The notes under the pieces: generated by a model
What the model was told of the DNA's origin: nothing
What the model saw: the letters and a program-made list of their open reading frames with translations, nothing else
The model's database searches: none
Position numbers and translations under genes: made by a program
Assembly (NCBI RefSeq): GCF_009914755.1
Contig: NC_060937.1
Origin: the human T2T-CHM13v2.0 reference genome, Homo sapiens
Length of the DNA stretch: 64,000 nucleotides
Reading direction: 5' to 3' (one strand)
In this document: positions 13,950-24,984 of the stretch, piece after piece
Position numbering within the stretch: position 1 is the first letter of the stretch
How the letters are laid out: each line of letters begins with the position of its first letter

Positions 13950-14202
13950 CAGAATTTAGCACAAAATGAAGATACGAGTATACAAGAACAATTAGGTTAA
14001 AACAGATGATTTAATTTAAAACATCATAAAAATAATTCATTTAAGTATAATAATATTAATTGTTAAGATTTTTCTTTTCTTCTAGTTTAACTGGTGTGTT
14101 GTATAGGAAGAAATAAAACCTTAAAAGAATGTGCTAAGAGAAAAAGTGGCTGAAGAGTAGGAAATAAGAGAAATGAAGAGTAATACAATGGGCACTTTCA
14201 TT

Positions 14203-14597
14203 GAAAATGTAGTACATACACATGATGGAATACTATGAAGCCAGAAAAAAGAATGAGATCATGTCCTTTGCAGGGATATGGTTGGAGAGGGAGGCCATGA
14301 TCCTTGTCAAACTAATGCTGGAACAGAAAATCAAATACTGCATGTTCTCACTTATAAGTGAGTGCTAAATCATGAGAATACGTGGACACATAGAGGGGAA
14401 CAACAAACACTGGAGCCTATTGGAGGATGTAGGGTGGGTGGAGGGAGAGGATCAGGAAAAATAACTAATGGGTACTAGGCTTAATACCTGAGTAATGCAA
14501 TAACTTGTATAACAAACCCCCATGACACAAGTTTATCTATGTAACAAACCTGCATGTGCACCTCTGAACTTAAAATAAAAGTTAATAAAATAAAATA
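14203..14597 (+). mobile_element. Older L1PA (approx. L1PA13-16) 3' end
   Basis: 'gagaggatcaggaaaaataactaatgggtactaggcttaatacctg...acaaacccccatgacacaagttta...aacttaaaataaaagtt' followed by an A-rich tail. Confidence 0.85.
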
Positions 14598-16564
14598 ATA
14601 TGAAATTCACTTTATTTCCTATCACTGAAACTTGAGTAAACATTTCTAGAGGATGTAAGATCAAACAACTAATACTTGTGTAATATCTTTTCTAAAATGT
14701 TAAATTATCAAGTTCTCCATCACTATATGTTCTAGAGGTTATTTCTAGGTCAACTGAGCTTGACCTTCAAATATTTACAAGGCAAAGATAGATAATTTTT
14801 CCTTCACTACAAATACAAGTATAGGGCTAATTGTTGAGACTAAGGCCTAATTTATAACTTGATTCCCAGAGCAGATTACAGGTATGGATGAAGTAATGTC
14901 AAAGTAACAGAAATCACTCTTCCTGGTTTCCCCAAGGAATAACCTAATAACTTCTATAGAAGGCTTTCCCATATTTTGAAAATGTGTAAAAGTGCCTTTT
15001 CTGCTAATCACAACTACACAGCTGGAACAACAAACCCACCAATATAATTTCCTTTTTTATTTCAAAAATTTAACCTGCTCTTTTAAAACACTTGCTGATT
15101 GCTCAACTTGGCTACACACCTATATAGGCTGACATGGAAACTTTCTAATTCTGTCTTCCAGGTGTGGCAAGTAAGTATATCAATCAACTTTTCTTTTTTC
15201 TTTCTTTTTTTTCTCCTAAAGAAATTTTCTGCCTCTCTTTTTTTTGGTTCATTGCATATCCAATTCCATCATGAGTTCAGTGATATGACTTGTTCAATAG
15301 ATCCTTATTGAATGCTGTATAAACAGAGTGATAATCACTAAAGAAATAAGCATGCTTAAGACAAGAAATTTATCCTTGACAATCGCTCAGACTAGAATGA
15401 TGGATAACTGTGAGGCAATGTGAGGAATAACTGTGTATCTATGTTTGAAATATACTACTTGGGAGACGCTCTTTACGAAAAATGGTACTGAATACAAATA
15501 GGAAACCATCTATAGGCACTTCAAAGATGCCTATAAAATTGAGGGGCTGTGAATCTTACATTTTATTCACATTATGGTAAATTAGCTGCTGATAATGAGC
15601 ATTATAATGGTGATCTATACAAAGTGCTGTGGGAACACTATTGGTCAGAATACTTGTTCATATACAGTTACCATCTCATTAAATGTTACAGGAAGGAGTC
15701 TATTACTTCTGCCACCTGTGGGACTCAATAGAGACTTCATTAAAGTAAAATATGGGCTAAGGTTGGTAGATGAAAAACAGTTCACCAGTTAGATTAGGTG
15801 GGAAATAAAAAACTTTTCAAGCAGAAGAAGACACACAAATAAATGCAAAAAGATATGATAATGTGTAGCTTTTTCAAGAAATTGCAATAATATACAGCAC
15901 AACTGCATGAAGAAAAAAGAAAATAAGAAAAACATGTCTAAGCTGGACATTAGATAGATTATTATCAATTAAAAAAGGTTTTGGTACTTGTGTGCCATGA
16001 TAAATAGGATAGCTATATATTTTAAAGTGGTGAAATGCTTAACTGGAAAGTTAGAGTGCCAGCTCTCTGTTTTTTAACATTTCTAATTAACATTATGTGT
16101 CATCCAGCATAGGTTTTGAAAAAAAATGTATTTTATGCTCATGTGCTATCCCAATTATTTATTGTTAATATCTTCATGATGGAACATAGAAAAAATAAAC
16201 ACTGCCAGTTAACGTTCATATTAATTTATGTATTAAATATACAGCATGTAGATAACATTATTTGTTAAGTGACTAGATATTATTAAATCACTATGAAAAT
16301 ATTTATATTGCCATCCAATTTTTTCCTGTTTATATAAGTACTTTCATTTGCTCTGGAGAAAACTGGCAGGCTAATGACATTTAGAGTGATGACAGAATCA
16401 TCTGTCAGCCTTCTCTATAATTCTCTCCAGGCCCTGACAGACAAATACATTTTCAAATGCTGTAAAAGAAATAAGTACCAAAGCAATATAAAAATAACTT
16501 TAAAGGTCTGATAAAAGAGGCTAAAGCAAGGACATTGAAAGTTAATTCTTCTCGTTCTGCCTAA

Positions 16565-16877
<313 letters not shown>

Positions 16878-18180
16878 CAAAAACAGACAAGATCTTCTAA
16901 AAGGAGATATAAACAATGGTTTAGAAGTGATTATGAATCAGTTAGATGATTCTATATATATTTGTATTAGATGATTCCAATATATTTGTATTATCATTTA
17001 GGATGGTTTCTGCTGGAAGTAACCAATGCTCAGTACAAAGTGGCTTAAGTTATAAGTAGAGTTGTGAAACGTCATGGTTCAGTCATGATTTTGCTGTATT
17101 TGTCTGTGATTTTTTAACTGTGCATGATAATTTTTTTTAGTGTGTTATCTAATGGTTACAACAATTCTGGGTCTCATATATGCCTAGAGGCAGAGCCCTT
17201 TAGATCTAGGATTCCCAGCAAGAATTAAAAGTAATTTTATTTTTGTCCACTATTTAATCAAGGCCTGCCCAATGGGATACAAAATATGGATTAATTTAAA
17301 TCAACTCTGCCCTCTCTTCCCAGCTGGGGATGTGGTCTACCTTCTCCACAGCACATGGAGTGGATGGGTGGGGTAGAATAATGCAAAAGGAAAATGGACC
17401 CTGGGTAGCCAATCAATTATGTAAATTGCACTGGACAAAATAAAACAACATTGCTTTTTTTTTCAAGTACTTATAATTTATATCCTAAAATTCAGTGTTG
17501 CCTTTTAATTGTTCTTTATTTATTTTTTTATTTTTTGTCTACAAACTACAAACCACATCTATGATGTGCTCTTTGTATTAAAAATCTGATTTTTCTTCTT
17601 AAATTTTTTGATAATACTCTGGAACCTCAGCAAATGTCTTAAGTTCCATGGAATAAGCATCCCAAGCTTTTCATGCTATTTCTCATGAACTCCTGAGGTG
17701 CCTCCTTTTCCCATATAGTATACCTTAAAATTAAAACTCCAGAATTAATGATCTAGATCATAAGAGGTAGGGAAAGACATGTGACAAGATGGTGCTAATA
17801 TGGTTAGGAGTAAAGAAAGGCCCTTCTGATACAGTGGCAATGAGCAAGAAAACGGAATAATGTGCAGGTGGGGGACAGGGAATAATTCATTCACATATCC
17901 ACTGGCACAATGTTCTAGGCATTGCAAATGTCCATGTTTGGAGTGGCCTCTGTGTATTCCTGTTTTCAGAGGGTTAATACAGATAGAAATAGAGGGTGCC
18001 CTGATAGAGAGGGAGATAACTAGATCAAAAATAAGAACTCTTAATGAAATCAGAGAACACAAATAATGAATTGGAAGACAAAGAAAAAAAGAACAAGAAG
18101 AGTATGTGCTCAGAATGTGAAATAGTAAAAGTGATGATTTCACAGAGCAAATATGCTGCAATAACCAGTAGCTGCAATAT

Positions 18181-18253
18181 TGTATATATACACAATATTG
18201 TGTGAGTGTGTATATATATATACACACACACACACATATATATACACACACAC
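18181..18253. repeat. Compound (TA)/(TG)/(CA) simple repeat
   Basis: Read directly. Confidence 0.85.
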
Positions 18254-18424
18254 GAAGGGAAAACACTAGTCCTATATAAAAATCTGATCAAATATCACTT
18301 TAATTATTTTTACCAAAAAATTTTAATTAACAAAATGTCATTCCTTTTACATGTATATGACCAAATTAGCATCATATAGATCCATATTGTATTCTATAAG
18401 AAAGAATTAAATCTTAACATATTC

Positions 18425-18708
18425 TCCAAAGCATATTTCACAGAAAAGTTGGTTTCATGAGATTGTTGAAATGAATACATTGATTTTATGGTTAAATAAT
18501 TTTGACAAATGTTGCACTCTATCTCTCTCTCTAAGATTCACAAAGCTTAAATATAACAGAAGATTTGATAAGTCCTAGAGTATTAGAAACCTGCTTGAGT
18601 TTGCAACATATTTACCAAAATTACTGGCCAAAGGACTCCTCTGCTATAAAGTAACAACTCTTTATATATAACTGAGGTTTCTTAAAGCGATTTTTGAAAA
18701 TCACTGCT
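18425..18708. mobile_element. hAT-Charlie-type MITE remnant (possibly Charlie4-related)
   Basis: 'ggttaaataattttgacaaatgttgc...agattcacaa...ataagtcctagagtattagaaacctg' and terminus 'tttgaaaatcactg'. Family name uncertain. Confidence 0.4.
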
Positions 18709-19422
18709 TTAAGATAAACAATTCATGTATGTATGTATTTATTGTATCTCAGAGGACTTATTGTTTTCATGTCTGAAGACAAACTTCCTCTTCTGGAAGT
18801 CATCTCTAAATATTAAATGCCTGTGCAGTTTGGTAGACTGAGCTACCCAACCAGAAAGAGAGATGCCCTCTAACCACATTTCTATGGGAAGGTGTGGACT
18901 GTAGCTTCCCTGACTGTGGTTTAGGTTGAAAAGGTTACTCTCTCCTGCTGAGATGGATGGTCGGCTTCACCCATCAGCAAAAGTGCTTATGTGGTACTCC
19001 TTGGCTGGCATGGGTTCTTTGATTTATCCTAATCTAAGAACTGTCAATATTATCTACAGTATGAAATAGGCACAGAACTGAAAAGAAAAGACAAACGCAT
19101 ACAATTTCACTTTTCTAGATGTTTCTACAATTATAATATTGAGCCTGTCATTAAAAACTAAGTGGTTGCTGTCCTGCAGAAAAGAGCAGAATATGATCAT
19201 GGGTGTCCTTTTGGAAGAGCTGATCAATTTCCTTGAGTAGTGGAACACAGTCACAAATAATACATCCCTATCATGTGGCCTGGTTTGAGAACACTCAAAT
19301 TCTGCATGCCATTGCTGCTGCATTTACTTGGTCTGCAACCTGCATATGGAGACTATTCTTTTATTTTGGGAAAAAAAAACATTCAACTCTGCCACACTTT
19401 TATGCCATACCACGAATTATGC

Positions 19423-19424
<2 letters not shown>

Positions 19425-19476
<52 letters not shown>
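19425..19476. repeat. (AT)17 plus poly-T microsatellite inside the NFYA pseudogene
   Basis: Read directly. Confidence 0.95.
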
Positions 19477-19477
<1 letters not shown>

Positions 19478-20560
19478 CCTTAGGAATGTTCCTTGTACCT
19501 CTAGTTCAGCCCAGGCTTACATCCTCTTAACAAAGATGATGTCACTAGTTGTTATCCACATTCACATTGGGAGGCTGTCTTTCTATCTCTGTTCCAGGTG
19601 AGAGATTCTTTGGGTGGCAGTCACAGAGACAGCCCAGGCACCATCATGACTGTCTCTCCTTAAGTGACCACATAATCTGCCACTGGTAGTGTTACAGTGA
19701 TGGTTCCTTGCCCACTGCTGGTTGTGTTGGTATTGGCTTGCTGTCTGAAAAGTCTATGCCACTGTCAAAGTGGCTGCTGAGATGGTGGCTGTGACTCGCT
19801 GGAGAATGTTGCCATCTGCATTAACTGGCTGGTAGACCATGATCTGTCCTACTTGCTGCCCTTGGATAGCAATCTGCTTCTTTGTGTGTCTGGCTGGTGG
19901 TGAGGGCTGTCTGCACGTGCTGGATGACAATCTTCTGAGTCTGGTCTTGTTGGCCCTGAACCTGTAAAGTCTTTCCCTCTGTATCTCTATCCTCCACTTT
20001 TTTTCCCCCAGACCTCGATCTATTTCCACAAGACCAACTATATCTGCTACAAGGCTGTGTCCCAAACATAGATACTTGTAGGATGGTTTAGCCTTGTCCC
20101 TCAGGGACAGCTTGGACAATGATTTGTTGTCATTTGGTGTGATTTAACAGGCCTCTACTGACTTGAAACATCAAGGCATAACCCCTTTCCTGCTGCAGAA
20201 TCTGTCCACTCTCTAAACCAGTATTCTGTGGTGAGGTATTGCTGTTTACTGCATGTCGCTCCATGTTCCAACTAAGTTGGAAGATCACCCACAGTGAGCC
20301 CCACAGAGATCCTAGAAGACTATGTAGTATAGGGGGAGTCTATGGCAGGCAAGCCCACTCTGGGCCTCAGCCTTGAAAATTTGGGCCTAAGGTTGGGGAG
20401 GAGGGGATGCGTTTTCCCCTGGCACTGACATATTGCAAGGGTTAAGACCTCTCAAGGTGCCTGCTCCAGTGGTGCCATTCCTGTGTGGGACTGGCCCCTC
20501 TAGGACTCAGACTAGAGTGCCCATAGGTGCTCAAAGGCTTTGGGCCACAACCACCAGCTA

Positions 20561-20571
20561 TGCCAATCAGC
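20561..20571 (+). promoter_or_regulatory. CCAAT box (NF-Y motif match) in the 5' part of the retrocopy
   Basis: tgCCAATcagc matches the NF-Y consensus core and 3' flank (CCAATCAG). Function untested. Confidence 0.35.
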
Positions 20572-20609
20572 CAGCTAGACTCAGCTCAATTCTAACAATT
20601 TATTTATAT

Positions 20610-20970
20610 TCAACAAATATTCATGGGCATACTCATGTGTACACTGGACTATATTACTTTCTGATGGAGGTAGAGAGATGTTTGCCCAAGAATCTTGCAC
20701 AAAAACCATGTGTTATGCAATAGAAAAGATAAGAAAAGTACAAAACTCAATGACAAGGCAAACTAAGAAATAATTAAAAGAGAGGTAGAAATAAATTTCT
20801 GGGGCATCACAATATCTCTCTCTGAGAATCAGTAAATACAGCAAAAAAGAGTGATATTTGAGCATGATCTTTGACAATTTTGACAATAAAAAAGTGGTGA
20901 ATTTCTGGCAAACACACAGGGGTAGTGTCTTTCGAAAAAGTGGAACGCAGCCCAATTTGACAATAGCATA
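20610..20970 (-). mobile_element. L2 3' fragment
   Basis: L2-tail-like 'attcaacaaatattcatgggcatactcatgtg' and 'gtgatatttgagcatgatctttga'. Confidence 0.5.
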
Positions 20971-21089
20971 AGACACATATAATGGAGTTGAAATCTAAAT
21001 CTTGTTTCTGTATTCTCTAAGTTTTGACTTTGTTTTCCTTCATTCTACCCCTCTGTATGCTACTTTTGTCTAGTATGAACTTCTCATTG

Positions 21090-21360
21090 CGACCCTTTAA
21101 GTCAGCATTTCCCAGGTATCTGGCCTTGAACTTCTCAATTTACACACTCAACCTTACTGCTGACATTCACAGAAATGACTTCATGAAAAACGTAAAGGCT
21201 GATGACTCCTATCCTAAACCAGTCTCCTAAACTCCAGATCATTTCACCAAATGCCTTCTAGAAATCTCCCAATGAATGCCCCATAATAATTTTAAAGCAT
21301 CATGTTCATCATTTTCTCACAAATCTATGTTGCCCCTGAGTTTCCTAACTTAATTTATAG
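21090..21360 (+). mobile_element. L2 internal fragment
   Basis: 'gctgatgactcc...tctcctaaactccagatcatttcaccaaatgccttctagaaatctcc' is a typical L2 ORF2 remnant. Confidence 0.55.
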
Positions 21361-21607
21361 CAATAAAACACTTGAGAAAAACAATAAGGAGGAATCCCTA
21401 GGCAGCAACAATAATCATATAATGCCACATCTGTAGACATTTTAGAATATCCCTCAGAAATTTTCCACAAAGAGGAAATGAGAGAGAGAGTAATAGTGAT
21501 TCATCCTAAAGATAGTTTTACTGGCAATAGAATTTTCCTTAGATGTGCCTCTGTGGGGAAGTGGAAAAAGAGAGCAAAATAGATTTTTAACTTTGAAGGA
21601 AAGCATG

Positions 21608-21782
21608 CATGACCGGCTGCATAATTTGCAGAGCCCAGTGCACAGCGAAAATGTGGGGTCCCTTGTTCAAAAATTAAGAATTTCCACCGAGCAATAGCAG
21701 AGCATTAACTCAGGTATGGGCCCTTTCCAACTGTAAGTCCAGGGGTACTGTACAGCCCCCAAACTCACGAAGTGTTTTCCAG
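21608..21782 (-). mobile_element. MER45A (hAT-Tip100 MITE)
   Basis: 'gaccggctgcataatttgcagagcccagtgc...aaaatgtggggtcccttgttcaaaaattaagaatttc...agcagagcattaa' matches the MER45A reverse complement as remembered. Confidence 0.8.
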
Positions 21783-24519
21783 ATGCAAGTCTTAACAGCA
21801 TGATGACACTGGTAAGTTATAAAGTACTTGGGTTCACATTCAAGGTTCACAAAGTTATATTAAAACTGAAAAAAAGTATTCATAAAACTGTTTTTGAAAA
21901 GAATTAAAAGAGAGAAGTGAGCTCTTAATGAGGAAAAATGTCACAGAAATTTTCACTGTCCTGCACATATTCTGTTCAGCTCCACATGTAATTACTACAG
22001 GGATGATGATATGAAATATTTTGTAAATATTTATACCAATTAAGGACTTGTGCTTTTACTTTATCAACTCACTGCCATCTGCATTCATAACTTTTCTGAA
22101 AACTGTGTTTGACTTTGATTTATGTATTTCATGATCAAGAAGTCCTTATTGTGTCCATCAGCATTTGTCTTAAACTGCATGTGTTTATTTTAAAGAAAAT
22201 ATTCATGCTGCTTCTTTGAAGCTTTCTTTTTAATCCAGACATCTTGTCTGCAATTTTCTTCATGATAACCTCAGAAAGAAACTTATTATTTTTCTACATA
22301 TTCTATTCTGTTATTATTTAACTTCTTTCATTATCCCCTGGTTGTCCAGAGTCTTCTATTATGGATCATATTATCTTTCAAGAAATAGTGAAAGAATCTT
22401 CTGTTGTTTTATTCGCTTTCAGTACAGTACATCATCTACCATCAACTGTGCTTTTTTAGTCAATGTATTTTACTCTTTCAGTTTTACTTCATTATTTACT
22501 CTTTTCAGTGCATGAAATATTTTTCCAGATTTAAGCAAATTAGGCATTGATGCAAAATATATGCCTAGTAAAACATATATAAAGAAATTCTATGCATCTC
22601 TGGGATATGTTTGTGCACCTTCTTTGACATGTAATGCCCCTGCTGGTCCAGTTTTGATCCCTCCTCATTGGAGCCTGTCAATCACTCTAAATTGTATGTG
22701 GATTTTATAATATGAGGATATTTCCCAGAGGCTACAACAACTGAAAGCCTTGGATAAGTTGAAAAACAAACTAATAAATAATGAAGAAATTCAGCAAAAG
22801 GCATAATAGAATAAGCCATTCTGTAAATTTTTACTATTTGGATTTTTAATACTGCCATACAGAAAAGATGAAAAATTATCTTCCTAAAATTCCTATGGTA
22901 AAATGGTTTGTAATTTCACTCTCTTTTAAGGAAATATATAAGGTAAATAAAATATCCTGGGTGATGTCAGAGAGAGAAACCTATCTCATACTATCAATTT
23001 TGTATAGCTGGTAGGCTTTTATGTTTTCGATAAAGGAGGCACATAAATATTTTGATATACAATTTTAATGACATCTATAGCAAATGAGTGTTTCTATAAT
23101 TTTAACCTTTTTAAAATTTTCTCCTATTTGAGTCATCTGCCACTTTCCTTTTCAGTTTAGTTACATCCAGTCTCTCTTTCTGTCCCATTTAATGGTAATG
23201 AAAGAGGAAAAGCTTACAGAACGTGTGTTTAAAATTGTTATAAAAGGAGAAAAGCTTTAGAGAATATGTTTTGAAAATCTAAAGACAAGTTTGTAAATAT
23301 CCACAGGTAATTTTCCTTTTTTTAAATAAATTAATTCTTGTTAGGTGTCTAGTGTCTACTATCACATTACAAATTTCATAATGGGGCAAACTATTCAGTT
23401 CTACATCATATACACAGTTTGTGCATAGTTCACAATATTTTAACAGTTCAACCCATAAGTTCCAAATTCACATTTATTTTGTGTTGTCAAAGAAATAAAC
23501 CTGCAGAGTTTTGTAGTAACAAGTGCAATCCAAATTATAAAATATAGGAGTATTTGTATGAGTTTATTATTATTGTGTTGTTTTTGCTTGTTCTTAGTTT
23601 TTGAGAGTGAAATCACATATAAAGTCTTATTTATTTAATATTCTGAGATTCATGGTTCACTGAAAAATGAACAAGGTCGGAGATGTGATGTGCCAATCAC
23701 ATTTCCTGCACAATCAAATTTTTACCACAGGGACTGGTCTTCAAAATGATAGTTTCTCCTCCTCCCATACCTTTGATAATATGTGTGCTTATCATGCTGT
23801 TTGGGAATATTTGTGTAAGATTTGGCATAATCATGTCAGTGAAAAGCAGACAACTTGCATTTACCTAAAGAATACAACCTCAGAGGATGATTCATTGAAT
23901 AGTGGGGGGATTCTTACATTTCTGATACTTTGAATTGAACTTTAGCATGAGGGTAAGATATTAATTGCCAAAATATCAAGAAAATAAACAGATAAGGAAA
24001 TTCAAAAACAATACTGATTTTACCCTGAGAGGAAGCTGCATTCTTACTAAGAGGAAGATAAACAGTAAGAGGAAGATAAACACTAAGAGAAGTCCAAATT
24101 TCAAGATATACAATGCAATTTTATCTACTTCACAAGCATGAAAAATGAACACTGTTAAAAAAATTTGGCATGCCAGTAGACTATTATGATTTAATGGAAT
24201 ATATTTTATAGGTTGGATATTAAGTTATATTTACTTGGGGGTTACATTAATTAAAGTCAAGGGTAATTAATTTGTGGAGAATCTCCCAAGCTAGAGTATG
24301 TTACAAGTCAGATTTCCATTTGCTTATATCTTTGGATCCAAATTACTGTATACTTCTGAAAATAGCTATTAAACTGACCAGAATAAGGCTATAGAGATGT
24401 GCATTAAATGGAACTGGACTGTAGTTTAGGCCTATTAAAGCAAAGATTTTCAACCTTGGAAAGCACATTAATAGTAGATCCAATACTACTCATACATTTG
24501 AGGGAAAAAAATAGAAAAA

Positions 24520-24984
<465 letters not shown>

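Larger units (their letters stand above)
18733..20593 (-). pseudogene. NFYAP1: Processed pseudogene of nuclear transcription factor Y subunit alpha (NFYA), short isoform, with UTR-derived flanks
   Basis: From the ATG at 20264 the minus strand reads MERHAVNSNTSPQNTGLESGQILQQERGYALMFQVSRG..*QQIIVQAVPEGQG*TILQV. This is ungapped against NF-YAs MEQYTANSNSSTEQIVVQAGQIQQQVQGQPLMVQVSGG...QPIMVQAVPGGQGQTIMQV. Further blocks: QVQGQQDQTQKIVIQ, QIAIQGQQV..VYQPVNADGNILQ, NTNTTSSGQGTITVTLPVA, VMMVPG and remnants of the core domain. The CDS-homologous part is ~19285-20264, with no introns and multiple stops and frameshifts. Candidate TSD at 18717-18732 and 20594-20609. Symbol assigned from memory. Confidence 0.92.

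Noticed and set aside
16942-16993. Imperfect ~25-bp tandem duplication
   Set aside because: Ordinary slippage duplication with no sign of function
17745-18291. 173-aa and 88-aa Cys/Val/Tyr-rich ORFs
   Set aside because: Their N-termini come from the TA/TG/CA microsatellite. They have no recognisable domain and start at non-ATG or weak codons
19754-20119. 121-aa ORF (and overlapping 82-aa ORF) with NF-YA-like peptides as a functional gene
   Set aside because: Both are frameshift chimeras of the pseudogene. The ancestral frame has stops (e.g. 20132-20130) and the DNA-binding domain is disrupted by a microsatellite
24048-24089. Direct repeat taagaggaagataaaca(g/c) x2.3 as a CRISPR-like or regulatory array
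   Set aside because: Simple 18-bp tandem duplication with no spacers, in eukaryotic DNA
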